64,000 nt of DNA from Candidatus Daviesbacteria bacterium RIFCSPLOWO2_01_FULL_39_23. GTDB taxonomy: Bacteria; Patescibacteriota; Microgenomatia; Daviesbacterales; UBA10151. Made by a program: the position numbers and the translations under genes. The DNA lies in contig MFDN01000015.1 in NCBI GenBank assembly GCA_001776935.1, positions 30,130-94,129 on the forward strand. The letters run 5' to 3'. Below, in pieces: positions 1-10,050 of the stretch. Under the pieces are notes generated by a model, which was not told the origin of the DNA, did no database searches, and was given only the letters and a program-made list of their open reading frames with translations. Position 1 is the stretch's first letter, and each line of letters opens with the position of its first letter.

Positions 1-621
1 GTTAAAGCCAAGATAGAAGCCAGGGTTGCCCAGATCAGACGGGAACTGGATAAATCTGATTCTGAATTTGACAAAGAGAAACTGCAGGAGCGGTTGGCAA
101 AGTTAACCGGCGGGGTAGCGGTAATCAATGTCGGAGCCGCCACAGAAGTGGAACTTAAAGAGAAAAAAGAACGGGTGATAGATGCGGTGGCTGCCACCAA
201 AGCTGCAATTGCCGAGGGAATTGTAGCCGGCGGAGAGGTAGCATTGCTTAGGGCAGGGAAAGCGTTGGATGTAATTGTTGCAGAAGGGGAAGAAAAAATC
301 GGGATAGAGATTGTAAAAAGATCACTGGAGCATCCTTTCAGGAAATTAATTCAAAATGCCGGCATGGATGAGGGAATAGCTCTCTCCAGGATAATGGCCC
401 AGAGCGGCAATATGGGAATAGATGTACTGGACGGCGAAATCAAAGATTTAGTCAAAGCCGGAATTATAGATCCGGTCAAAGTGACCCGCTCTGCTTTGCA
501 AAACGCCGCATCGGTTGCGGTAATGGTGATGACCACGAATTGTTTGATAACCGATCTTCCGGAAAAAACTCCTCCGGCTCCTCCGATGCCCGGCGGTATG
601 GGCGGCATGCCTGATTATTAA
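1..621 (+). CDS. groL: Chaperonin GroEL, C-terminal part (5' end outside window)
   Basis: Frame open from base 1: DKEKLQERLAKLTGGVAVINVGAATEVELKEKK, GIIDPVKVTRSALQNAAS, GGM tail. Confidence 0.97.
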   Translation, partial: VKAKIEARVAQIRRELDKSDSEFDKEKLQERLAKLTGGVAVINVGAATEVELKEKKERVIDAVAATKAAIAEGIVAGGEVALLRAGKALDVIVAEGEEKIGIEIVKRSLEHPFRKLIQNAGMDEGIALSRIMAQSGNMGIDVLDGEIKDLVKAGIIDPVKVTRSALQNAASVAVMVMTTNCLITDLPEKTPPAPPMPGGMGGMPDY

Positions 622-664
622 TTAGTCTTAAAATATTCCCTCTTTCTGGTGTAAAATTTAATAT

Positions 665-2842
665 ATGCCTGAAACACCTTCTCAAATCCATTTGACTAAA
701 GTTGAACAATATCAATCTCACCGTTCCGAAACAGTACTCTCGCAGGAGAATTTAATGGCATTATCGTGGAAAACAGCCACCCAGCCAAGCTTGTACCGTA
801 AATTAATCCCAAATCCATACAGCGATGACTCACAAAAAACTCTCTCGGAATTTTTTCCTGATGTTAAAAGGGAGGACGCAGTTAAGGCAACTGTTTTAGC
901 AGAGCCTGAAGGAGAGTATGACAGGAAATTTAAACAATTATCACGCGGAGAACAGGAGCAAGCTTTGTACCAACAAATTGATAAGTCTGCCGCAATTACT
1001 GTTAGGCTGGCAAAATATTTGCAGAAACGCCCCCAAGCTTTCTGGGATATGGCAGAAGACTTAATATATCCGCTCTTAACAGAAGTTGCATTCGGCACTG
1101 CAGATCCTGCCGCAATTGAAAAGAATTTTGCCCAAAACCAGAGAAGGGGTTTCAGGTTATCAATTGTTAATTTTATTGAAGATTTGCAAAAACTAAAGCC
1201 TTATAGAAAAGAATTTGAAACTAACGCTAAAGCTACAGCCGGTAGAATTTTCGGGCGGGAAATTAATGGAGAAATTGAAGTTGAATCACTGCCCGTAGGC
1301 TTTATTTTATACCTGAACCGTGCGGATTATGAAAAGATACATCCATCCGGTCAATTTTTGGAAGCAGGTGAAGCTCTTGGCGGAACAATTAATTATTGGT
1401 CTTTATCCTGTTTCCCCCGGGAATTGGAAGGCAAAGTAATCATTATTAATAAAGAACCCAGAAACGCAAAAGGGTTAGAAATGATTAAAGAATCTCGAGA
1501 ACACGAATTAAGACATGCTTTATTTGCAAATTTTGCCGCCGAAAGAAGACATATTGAAGCACCGGATACAGAAAAAATATTAAGTCAGTTGGTTACATTA
1601 CAAGATCATCGTGAATATGCTGAAATATTAAGAAAGCATTTTGCCGAGTATGCAAAAAATGAAGCAATATCCTATTTTGGATCTCAAAAAGACAAAGATA
1701 TATATTTGAGTTTAGTACAGTTGGGAGGGGATCGATGGCTAGAGCATCTAGAAAAAATTAGGGAACATTTATGGGTCAGAGAGGATCTTACGCCTGATGA
1801 GAAAACCGTAACTTACAAACAGTATACTGGTAAATCCGTAGATTATCTTTGGCAAATTAGAGAATATCTATGGGTAGCCAGAAATCTTTTTAACTGCGGT
1901 TTAAGTGCGGAAAAGGCAGAGGCGTTGTTACAGAATACTACTGTTGATAAGGTTGGAAGATTAGCCAGATATTTCGGAGTTAATCCAAATGATACAGCTC
2001 TAAAAATACAACAGGAACAGGATCAGCAAATAGGTGAGTTCTCAAAAGAGGTTGATGAGTTTACAAAACCCAAAAGAGACGGTGTGCCTGAATCAGAGTT
2101 AGATCCTTTTGCGTGGGGAAGCTATATGCCTATGTGGGAAAGAATGGAGCAGATCACTATGTTGACACATCCCAAAGAAGCAATCCCGTCGTTGGCAAAA
2201 TTGATCGAAGGGGTTAATGATGCTGGTATCTTAATAAATGCAATTGAAGGTACAGAAGTTATTTTATATATGCATCAGTTTGAGACTAAAACAGAAGAGC
2301 TTAGTATTGTCAGGTCAGCCTTAAAAAATATGATTGCAAAAAGAACAAACGATGATTTCAAATACGTAAGGACGAGGGCTGAAAGTTTAATACAAACAAT
2401 AGATGAAGTTTATATGCAAGGGGGAGTGGATTTTATCCATCATCCACCGTTGATAGCTAGGGTAGCAAAACTTATGAGAGTTCCCGAAGGACAGTCTCCT
2501 GTCTTGGGCCAGATTGCGCAACTAATTGAACTATTGAAAGGCCAGGATGCACTTACTTGGGATAAATACTTTAAATTAGAATACATAGACCTTTTAAAAT
2601 GCCCGGAGGGGGTGCCTATTGCAATTAGGCTCGCCGAAACAACAAGTTATTCTGGCTGGGTTGTACAAGCGCTCGGTATTTTTGAATCAAATCCTGAAAA
2701 CCTAACTTCTGAAACAAAGAAACAAGTTTTGGCAGTAATAGATGAGATTTTATCAAGAGAATATTTTATAAAGTCCGTAAGTATGACAGACCATCTTAGA
2801 CCTTATGTATTACAAGTAAAAGATGAAATAGAAAATAGTTAA
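665..2842 (+). CDS. Large hypothetical protein (725 aa) with a HEXXH motif
   Basis: Long ORF; REHELRHALF; TAAAAT at 652-657 just upstream of ATG. Confidence 0.7.
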   Translation: MPETPSQIHLTKVEQYQSHRSETVLSQENLMALSWKTATQPSLYRKLIPNPYSDDSQKTLSEFFPDVKREDAVKATVLAEPEGEYDRKFKQLSRGEQEQALYQQIDKSAAITVRLAKYLQKRPQAFWDMAEDLIYPLLTEVAFGTADPAAIEKNFAQNQRRGFRLSIVNFIEDLQKLKPYRKEFETNAKATAGRIFGREINGEIEVESLPVGFILYLNRADYEKIHPSGQFLEAGEALGGTINYWSLSCFPRELEGKVIIINKEPRNAKGLEMIKESREHELRHALFANFAAERRHIEAPDTEKILSQLVTLQDHREYAEILRKHFAEYAKNEAISYFGSQKDKDIYLSLVQLGGDRWLEHLEKIREHLWVREDLTPDEKTVTYKQYTGKSVDYLWQIREYLWVARNLFNCGLSAEKAEALLQNTTVDKVGRLARYFGVNPNDTALKIQQEQDQQIGEFSKEVDEFTKPKRDGVPESELDPFAWGSYMPMWERMEQITMLTHPKEAIPSLAKLIEGVNDAGILINAIEGTEVILYMHQFETKTEELSIVRSALKNMIAKRTNDDFKYVRTRAESLIQTIDEVYMQGGVDFIHHPPLIARVAKLMRVPEGQSPVLGQIAQLIELLKGQDALTWDKYFKLEYIDLLKCPEGVPIAIRLAETTSYSGWVVQALGIFESNPENLTSETKKQVLAVIDEILSREYFIKSVSMTDHLRPYVLQVKDEIENS

Positions 2843-2844
2843 TC

Positions 2845-3258
2845 TTAAGAAAAGGGATTGATTACGGAAAGGCCTTTGAATTTTTTAAAGTCAGGAACAT
2901 TGTCTGTTGCTATGATGTCTATTCCGTTACTTAAGGCGGTAGCCGCCAGATATGCATCAAATATTCTATTGCCGGCCAAAGAGTGCTCGTTTATCAGTTC
3001 AAGCCAAAGATAATATGTTGTTTGTGAGGGGGAGACGATGCGGCAGGACTTTGAGATTGCCTGGATTGCTGCTAATGCTGACTTCAGCCCCATTGGTTTA
3101 GAAAATTTTTGATGAGTTAATATTCTGATAGTTTCAAGAATATTTTGATGGGTAACTTCTAAATCCTCAAAGCTTTCTTTTAAAAATTCCTGGGATTTTT
3201 TATTTTTCGGAGAGTCGGCATTAACTGCATAAATTAAAATATTACTGTCAATAATCAT
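2845..3258 (-). CDS. PIN-domain (VapC-like) toxin
   Basis: MIIDSNILIY, RIFDAYLAATAL, ATDN acidic PIN motifs. Confidence 0.88.
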   Translation of the reverse strand: MIIDSNILIYAVNADSPKNKKSQEFLKESFEDLEVTHQNILETIRILTHQKFSKPMGLKSALAAIQAISKSCRIVSPSQTTYYLWLELINEHSLAGNRIFDAYLAATALSNGIDIIATDNVPDFKKFKGLSVINPFS

Positions 3259-3488
3259 TTGAAATTAGGATCAGGATAAAAATCGTCACGGGTTAAATTA
3301 TCCAGAGGTTCTCCGAGATGATGTGTTTTGAAGATGATCTTCTTAGCTTCGAAATGAGCGTCTTTTTCCAGATATTCTGCCAAGGCCTTGTTAAAAATCT
3401 CCTGTAGGGTAACATCATCCTGTAAGGCTTTTTTTTCAGCAGTTTTTTTCAAATCTTCTTTTAATCGTAAAGTCGTTCTGATTAACAT
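3255..3488 (-). CDS. Ribbon-helix-helix-type antitoxin (VapB-like)
   Basis: RTTLRL beta-helix-helix pattern; overlaps the toxin start; start moved to 3488 because a TTGACA-17-TAAAGT promoter lies at 3525-3497. Confidence 0.75.
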   Translation of the reverse strand: MLIRTTLRLKEDLKKTAEKKALQDDVTLQEIFNKALAEYLEKDAHFEAKKIIFKTHHLGEPLDNLTRDDFYPDPNFK

Positions 3489-3625
3489 ATATATTAACTT
3501 TAGCATATATATGACAAAATGTCAAAAATAGCACATACACCGCAATTTTAATATAACGTCATTTATTGTAAAATTCAGACACCCTAAAACCAGATTTTAC
3601 TTACCATTATCTGATACAATACTTT

Positions 3626-4222
3626 TTGATGGCTAAGTTTCATTACCGCGAATCTCCCACTCTAAAACAAAAAAATGTCTTCAAAAAATATTTATCAGAA
3701 GACGAAGAACTGGTACTTGTGGCCGGATTGTCCAGGGCTTATATAAGATCAAACTTTATGATTTATCTGCTTTTTCCGGGCATGATCTTTTTTGGTTTAG
3801 GTTTAGGATTAGGCTGGCTTTTGGGAGTTGGGAAGATCTGGGCTTTAGTTTTTGCCTTAGCAGGTATGCTTTTGGCGGCTATATTAAAAACTATGCACAT
3901 CTATCATGCCAACAGGTATTTATTAACTACAAGAAGAGTAGTTATTAAAAAAGGATTATTTTCCGTAAAACTTACTGCCGCACTTTTTGATAAAATTACT
4001 CATTTGGAAGTAGATCAAGGTTTCGTGGAGCGTATATTTTTGCACCACGGTACGATTATCGTAAATACTGCCGGCGTAAATAAAGGAGAGATAGCCTTAA
4101 AGTTTGTTGATTATCCTTTGGAGCTTAAAAATTTACTGGAAAGACTTATAAACCGGGAAAGAGAACAATTTGGATTACGCGGCGTCAATTTAACAGAGGT
4201 TGAAGGAGAGATCATCTCCTAG
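3626..4222 (+). CDS. Membrane protein with bacterial PH (bPH_2-like) domain
   Basis: Two TM segments then YLLTTRRVVIKKGLF...QGFVERIFLHHGTI. Confidence 0.75.
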   Translation: MMAKFHYRESPTLKQKNVFKKYLSEDEELVLVAGLSRAYIRSNFMIYLLFPGMIFFGLGLGLGWLLGVGKIWALVFALAGMLLAAILKTMHIYHANRYLLTTRRVVIKKGLFSVKLTAALFDKITHLEVDQGFVERIFLHHGTIIVNTAGVNKGEIALKFVDYPLELKNLLERLINREREQFGLRGVNLTEVEGEIIS

Positions 4223-4937
4223 CTGTTATAGCTGGAGTGGGTGTAGTCTGGAGCGATGCCGTATTAACAGCAGGCATACCAGGAATTTCCGGAAGTAAAG
4301 CTAAGGGATTTACAAAATTTCCATTGCGGGTAACTTCCAAATGTGTATGCGGGCCGGTAGTCCGCCCAGTTAAACCTACTTCTCCCAAAGTATTCTCAGA
4401 AGTCACTTTATCTCCAACACTAACAAAGATTCTTCCCATATGAGCGTATTTTGATCTGAAGCCGTTCTGGTGCAGAACTTCAACAAAATTCCCCAAACCA
4501 AAAAAGTCTCTGCCAACTTTTTCAATTTCTCCTTCCGTGATGGGATGAATAGGCATTCCGAGTCCGGTTGCAATATCCACGCCCGGATGATATGAGGAAA
4601 ATCGCGTGGAAAGATAACCAGGATGAGGCAAGACTAAGGGTTTGGAAAATGAGTTTGCAATAATTTCTCCTTTTTGTTCTAAAGAAGAAGCATAAACTTG
4701 GGATCTTTTAACAGGAGGAATCGCAATGGTCGGATAATATCCTGATAAAGCAAATGACAGCACTAAAGAAATTATGGCAAGCCTTTTAAACCACCTGGGG
4801 AACTTTAGCTTGATTTTAGATAATTTCCAATTTAGGGCAACCCTTTTGAAAATTATCTTAGGCAGAAGTTTTTTGCTGCGTGATAACAAAACAAATCCCG
4901 TCCAGTACTTTGTAGTACACAGACAGGATAAGTGCAA
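4212..4937 (-). CDS. M23 family peptidase (start uncertain)
   Basis: HPGVD, YAHM, TTGPHTHLE motifs; N-terminal TM. Confidence 0.9.
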   Translation of the reverse strand: MHLSCLCTTKYWTGFVLLSRSKKLLPKIIFKRVALNWKLSKIKLKFPRWFKRLAIISLVLSFALSGYYPTIAIPPVKRSQVYASSLEQKGEIIANSFSKPLVLPHPGYLSTRFSSYHPGVDIATGLGMPIHPITEGEIEKVGRDFFGLGNFVEVLHQNGFRSKYAHMGRIFVSVGDKVTSENTLGEVGLTGRTTGPHTHLEVTRNGNFVNPLALLPEIPGMPAVNTASLQTTPTPAITARR

Positions 4938-4988
4938 ATTCTAACATAATTTAGGCTGGCTGTCAAAAAGATAAGGTATAATTTAAAA

Positions 4989-5798
4989 GTGATGAAGAAA
5001 GCCTTAGTTTGGATTCTAGTACTTGTTAGTTTGGCTGCACTACTGCTTCGCTTTTCTGATAAATGGGCAGAAATTTTCTTTGGTATTAGAAAAACGAGCG
5101 GTATTTTTGTTTTATCATTGCCTCAAGAGGCGACTGTCTATATTAACAATAAAGAAGTCGGCAAAACGCCATTTGAAGATAAAAATTTGGAAGTTGGCAC
5201 TTATACAGTAAAAATTGAAAAAAGTGGAGCTTGGTGGGAAGGCAAAGTTAATCTTATGCCAGGGACTGTAACTTTTATCAACAGAGACTTGGCTTCCGAC
5301 TCGGCTTCTTCTGCCGGGGAAATTTTAACTTTGGAAAAAGGAAAAGGTTTAACAATTATATCTAATCCCCCGGAAGCAGATGTTGAGGTGGATGGCAAGA
5401 GTTGGGGCAAGACTCCCATTACTGTTGATGCAGGCAGCGGAGATCATACTATTTTAATCAGTCGTGCCAACTACTTAAACAGAAGCATCAGGGCAAACCT
5501 GCCTTCTGATTTTAACCTGACAGTATCGGCTGATCTTGGTTTATCCGAAGCAGATTTAACAGCTGTGACTACTCCGGTTATTACTCAAACGCCGCAAGTT
5601 CTGGTAAAAAATACACCAACCGGATTTTTGCGGGTGAGAGACAAACCCAATTTAAACGGGAAAGAAATTACCCAAGTAAAGCCCGGGGATAAGCTTGTGT
5701 TGCTGGAAGAGCAAGGGTCATGGGACAGGGTGCGTTTGGCTGATGAAACAGAAGGTTTTGTGTCCTCTGCATATGTTGAGAAAATCAAAAAAGAGTAA
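4989..5798 (+). CDS. PEGA + SH3 domain exported protein
   Basis: Two GKTP PEGA repeats; C-terminal LRVRDKP...GFVSSAYV SH3. Confidence 0.85.
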   Translation: MMKKALVWILVLVSLAALLLRFSDKWAEIFFGIRKTSGIFVLSLPQEATVYINNKEVGKTPFEDKNLEVGTYTVKIEKSGAWWEGKVNLMPGTVTFINRDLASDSASSAGEILTLEKGKGLTIISNPPEADVEVDGKSWGKTPITVDAGSGDHTILISRANYLNRSIRANLPSDFNLTVSADLGLSEADLTAVTTPVITQTPQVLVKNTPTGFLRVRDKPNLNGKEITQVKPGDKLVLLEEQGSWDRVRLADETEGFVSSAYVEKIKKE

Positions 5799-5803
5799 TC
5801 CTC

Positions 5804-6736
5804 TTAGGCTCCCAGGTAATAGATAATGCCAATAATCATAACTGACCAAAGTATCACAGTTATAAGCAGGGGTTTGTCCGTTAAGATAATCCGCTCAGGT
5901 GATTCCCCTTCCTTTTTCTCGTAAATTATATATAGGTATCTCATGACGGCATAAAGCACCACAGGCACTGTCGCCATCAGATATTTCGCTTCAATAAATG
6001 GCAGTTCCATTCCCCCAAGAAATGTTGATAAAATACGGCGGGCTTGAATAGGCGGCTGCAGGAAAGCAAAAAATGCATAAGTCAGCCAGGTAGAATTGGC
6101 AAACATGCTAGTTAAGCTGTCCAGTAAACTTTCCGGATAATGCAGCAGGGTTTCCCGGTGCCGAAAGTCTGATGATTCCATTAAAGTTCGTTCAGAACGT
6201 CGCTTTCCGATAGCTAAAAACAATGCAAAGCTGGTTACGGAAAGTAAAAACCATACATTTAAATGCGCATCAATTGCCCAAACTCCCGCGTAAACCCTTA
6301 AAACAAAACCGGCTGCAATCACAAGTACATCTATTAAGATGATTTGTTTTAAGTAAGCTGAATAAAAAAGCTGCATAATTAGGTAGGCTAAAGCCGCAAA
6401 GAAAAATGCAGGCGACAGGCTGTATGAGAGAGGCAGAAAAATAACAATTAATACAAGAGATAAAAAGATTGCTAAAGGCATGGGAATAAGCCCTGATGCA
6501 ATCGGCCGCTTCCGCTTAAAGGGATGAAGTCTGTCTCTTTCAATATCGAACACGTCGTTTAGAAGATAGGTGGCAGAGGAAAAGATACAAAACAACAAAA
6601 AACCTTCAAAAGCTTTAAGCTGATTTGTGCTGTCAAAAAGCGTTCCTGAGAAAATTAATGCAGCAAAGACAGCAAAGTTTTTTATCCATTGTCTGGGGCG
6701 CGCCGCTTTGAATATAGCCCAAAAAAGTTTAACCAT
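5804..6736 (-). CDS. UbiA-family decaprenyl-phosphate phosphoribosyltransferase
   Basis: RPRQWIKN, NDVFDIERDRLHPFKRKRPIASG; multi-TM. Confidence 0.9.
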   Translation of the reverse strand: MVKLFWAIFKAARPRQWIKNFAVFAALIFSGTLFDSTNQLKAFEGFLLFCIFSSATYLLNDVFDIERDRLHPFKRKRPIASGLIPMPLAIFLSLVLIVIFLPLSYSLSPAFFFAALAYLIMQLFYSAYLKQIILIDVLVIAAGFVLRVYAGVWAIDAHLNVWFLLSVTSFALFLAIGKRRSERTLMESSDFRHRETLLHYPESLLDSLTSMFANSTWLTYAFFAFLQPPIQARRILSTFLGGMELPFIEAKYLMATVPVVLYAVMRYLYIIYEKKEGESPERIILTDKPLLITVILWSVMIIGIIYYLGA

Positions 6737-7740
6737 AGAATGCCTCCTAAGATTACTGTTCCAACTAAAGCTGCTGCAAACAGCTTACCTTGTGAAGACA
6801 GACTTAAGGCCGCTGCACCTAAGATAGCAGATCCCAAAATATAAAACAAGGATATTTGTTGATGAGAGAGGCCTTTTTCTAAAAGTTTATGATGCAGATG
6901 TCCTCTGTCGCCCCAAACAGGCGATTTGCCGCTTATTATTCTTCTGGTAAATGTATAGGCAAAATCAGTAGCAGGAATGAGTAGCACTAAGCCTGCTGTG
7001 GCTAACTTGGCACCTGAAAGGATTGCCAAGACTGCAATCATGAAGCCTAAAATAGTAGACCCGGAAAATCCGGGGAAAATTTTGGCCGGGTGCCAATTAA
7101 AAATTAACAGCCCGGCAGATGAGGCAGCAGTGATAAAGGCCAGCTTAGTCACATTGGTTTGAGAGGGATCAGAAAATAAATTAATTTTTAAAGATAATAA
7201 GCCTAAAATAATAGCGGCAATGGTTACAATCCCGGGCATCTGTCCATCTACGCCTTTTGACCAATTAATCATATTCATCACCCATACTATCCAAATTATC
7301 GCCAATAAATCCGCCAGCAAAATCATTTGTGAAGTGCTGTCAAAATGAAGGATCCCGCCAAAAGGATTAGTCATAAATTTAATACTTATTCCGCTTGCAA
7401 CAGTTACTGTGGCTGCAATCACCTGCGCGAGCAAGCGCAAGTAAGGAGAAAAGTTTTTATACCTATCATCCAAGAGACCAACGATAAGTAAAATAGAAAG
7501 CCCTATTAAGATTCCGACAGCTTGCGTTCCAAACGGAGTAAAAATTATTGCAGCAATTGTTATGCCAAAAAATACTGCTAAACCTCCTGCTCTGGGCACT
7601 ATGCGTTTTTGTGTATGAGCAGGATGCGGTCTGGTTTCCGGATTATCAATTAGGTTGAATATTTTTGCTATTTTAATTGTAAATGGAATAGCAGCAAAAG
7701 TTACTGCAAATGAAATTAGTGCCGGCAGTATTAAGTCCAT
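6682..7740 (-). CDS. MraY/WecA-family polyprenyl-phosphate GlcNAc-1-P transferase
   Basis: PRAGGLA, GLLDD, GVDG, GDRGHLHH motifs. Confidence 0.9.
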   Translation of the reverse strand: MDLILPALISFAVTFAAIPFTIKIAKIFNLIDNPETRPHPAHTQKRIVPRAGGLAVFFGITIAAIIFTPFGTQAVGILIGLSILLIVGLLDDRYKNFSPYLRLLAQVIAATVTVASGISIKFMTNPFGGILHFDSTSQMILLADLLAIIWIVWVMNMINWSKGVDGQMPGIVTIAAIILGLLSLKINLFSDPSQTNVTKLAFITAASSAGLLIFNWHPAKIFPGFSGSTILGFMIAVLAILSGAKLATAGLVLLIPATDFAYTFTRRIISGKSPVWGDRGHLHHKLLEKGLSHQQISLFYILGSAILGAAALSLSSQGKLFAAALVGTVILGGILWLNFFGLYSKRRAPDNG

Positions 7741-8105
7741 TAGATAAAGGTTAAAATAATCTTACCAAATGCAATGGTCAGTATAAGGCTTACCAGCAGT
7801 GATTGTATAAATAGTATAGTCTTGAAGAAAGACTGCTGTTTATGCAGCTGCCATGAAATAATAAGATTTAAAAACGCTATTGCGCCGATGCTTGCCGGAA
7901 GGACTAAAAATTGCTGATGCGTTGCCAGTTGGCCGTCTCCCCACGGCAGCGAATAAAAAAGAGGCAGCTTAGGAGGTAAAAATTTGGGAATGGCTAAAAG
8001 AGTTATCGTAATCAAAAGGCCTAAAATCAAAGGAGGCAATCCTGCTAAAAGAGGTAATCCGTTGTAGGAGTTTTTTTCAAAAGAAGTATTTTTTAAGTTA
8101 AACAT
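7740..8105 (-). CDS. Small membrane protein (DUF1648-like)
   Basis: LPPKLPLFYSLPWG; three TM segments. Confidence 0.6.
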   Translation of the reverse strand: MFNLKNTSFEKNSYNGLPLLAGLPPLILGLLITITLLAIPKFLPPKLPLFYSLPWGDGQLATHQQFLVLPASIGAIAFLNLIISWQLHKQQSFFKTILFIQSLLVSLILTIAFGKIILTFI

Positions 8106-8116
8106 AAATAGAATTT

Positions 8117-9892
8117 CTATACTTTTTCCAGCAGTCGCGCCTTGTTTGTAACCCGAAATTCTAATTTTCTGCCAAACATTAAAGAAGTTTGGGCGTCAAT
8201 AGCCGGCAGAGAAGATATAGTTATTAAAATAAGCGGAATCAGCATCCATTGAAAGTATGACCAAATCTTCTTAAATATTGACCAGTCTTTTGGTCTTGGG
8301 GGGGCTGTTTTTTCGTGTACAAAAATAGTTACAAATAGCGCAAAAAAAGTTACTGTTAATATCCAGGAAGAAATAATTGGCAGATTTACAGAGAGTACGG
8401 ATGCTTTAAACTGAGGGTTAATAAGGGGGATTAGCAAGCTGCCGAAAGTAACAAATATGGCCAAAAAACCCCATTTCAAATCACCCCAAATTTTAAATAA
8501 CACTTTATCGGTTTTGTCCCAAAAATTAATTTCTTTAGTGAAATACTGCTTAACAATGTAAGGGATGTGTTCTACCCCATAAGCCCATCTTTTAATTTGG
8601 AAGTATTGGTTTTGGAAGGTTTTCAGTAAGGTTGTATCCTGTACTGCATCTCCTGAGATTGGCAGGAAATGAGGAACAACCTTGTAGTCTCCGTTGAAGT
8701 GGAAATAAGCCTTCCAGTAAAAGCCATTATCATCATTAACTTTATCCGGTAGCCAAAGGCCAATATCGAGCAGGGCTTTCAAAGAAATCGACATAGAAGA
8801 ATAATTCATATATTTATCTGAGCCTACCATTTCTGCCATCTGCCAGAATGAAGTACCGGTCGCCATAAGTCTCATAGGGGTGGGGGTTTGCCAGTAATTG
8901 TTATGGTATAGGAATACCCCTGTAAAAGTTCTTTTATCTCTTTGGTCTTTGGGTAACGATAAGTATTTATGCAATGCTCCTGACAAAAATTGTTTGTGAA
9001 CTACAAAATCAGCATCCAGAGTTGTTACAAATATATCATCAATTTTGATTTTCCTTTTTTGAAGATTTGGCAAAAGATGTTTAATCATCCAGTTTTTATT
9101 TGATCCCTGGCCCGCAACTTCACCCGGTAGATTATACGGATGAATGGTGGTAAAAACGCCTGCAATTCTTTTTTCTATTTTTTTCAGATATGCTTGGGTT
9201 TGTTTAATTTTTTCCGGATCATCTCTTTCCTCAAATCCCACCGCTAAAATTATTTTATCTTTTGGGCAGGCGCTATTTAAAATAGCCTCAATTGTAGGCT
9301 GCAAAATATACAGGGCTTCCTTATAAGTGGGTAGAAGGATTAATTGGTAATATTTTCCCCACTCCTGGGGAAAATCTTTTTGTAACATTTCCTGCCAGTT
9401 TTGATTTTTTGCCCATATCATTTTTTTGTATCCAACGATGATTAAAATAGCAATCCGAAATGCTGTTAAAAGCCAGTATACATCTGCAATGAGTATTAAA
9501 TACGCCACAGCATAAGGGAGGGCAAAAGAGAGCCAGATTGGGGAGGTAAGCGCAAGCCAGGTTAAGCTTCCCGGCAGAATTTCCAAAAATCTTTCAAAAG
9601 CATTTTCGTGTTTTAAGACAAAAGCCTGTTCCTTTTTTTCAAAAAGAACAAATCTTTGTGTCAAAAGATGATGCAATATAATTCCTATTCCTGCTCCAAC
9701 AAAGAAAAACGAGGCCAAAACATTCATCCCGCCGTCCAAAAAAGCTTGTCCCCAAAAACCTATTAAAAAGCCAAAGGCAATAAAAAGTATTCCGATGTAG
9801 CTATAGCGGATTCCCTTGATCGTCTTTCTTAAGACTTCCGAAAGATAGAAAAAAGACAGGAATCCAATAAAAAGAAATAGTAAAATTCGCAT
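8117..9892 (-). CDS. Membrane glycosyltransferase family 2
   Basis: PTYKE, TTLDAD, QIKRW (QxxRW) motifs; multi-TM. Confidence 0.88.
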   Translation of the reverse strand: MRILLFLFIGFLSFFYLSEVLRKTIKGIRYSYIGILFIAFGFLIGFWGQAFLDGGMNVLASFFFVGAGIGIILHHLLTQRFVLFEKKEQAFVLKHENAFERFLEILPGSLTWLALTSPIWLSFALPYAVAYLILIADVYWLLTAFRIAILIIVGYKKMIWAKNQNWQEMLQKDFPQEWGKYYQLILLPTYKEALYILQPTIEAILNSACPKDKIILAVGFEERDDPEKIKQTQAYLKKIEKRIAGVFTTIHPYNLPGEVAGQGSNKNWMIKHLLPNLQKRKIKIDDIFVTTLDADFVVHKQFLSGALHKYLSLPKDQRDKRTFTGVFLYHNNYWQTPTPMRLMATGTSFWQMAEMVGSDKYMNYSSMSISLKALLDIGLWLPDKVNDDNGFYWKAYFHFNGDYKVVPHFLPISGDAVQDTTLLKTFQNQYFQIKRWAYGVEHIPYIVKQYFTKEINFWDKTDKVLFKIWGDLKWGFLAIFVTFGSLLIPLINPQFKASVLSVNLPIISSWILTVTFFALFVTIFVHEKTAPPRPKDWSIFKKIWSYFQWMLIPLILITISSLPAIDAQTSLMFGRKLEFRVTNKARLLEKV

Positions 9893-9950
9893 TGGTACCG
9901 TTAAGTATACCTATTTTCAGCTTCCAAAAGCAAATGACGAGGGGCTCAAA

Positions 9951-10008
9951 CACCTACGGGGTGGGCTTTGGTCCAACGGAAGATTTCTCCTCGGAGGTGG
10001 GGCGTTGG
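9951..10008. repeat. Intergenic REP-like palindrome pair
   Basis: cacctacggggtg (9951-9963) and ctcctcggaggtg (9987-9999); ccaacg/cgttgg stem. Confidence 0.55.
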
Positions 10009-10050
10009 TTTCATTTGACATTCGTTTTGGCTCGTAGTAGATTTACGAGC

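Noticed and set aside
9892-10050. N-terminal extension of the radical SAM ORF (similarly 43915, 47120, 53141)
   Set aside because: These extensions cross promoters or repeat elements; downstream ATGs fit better.
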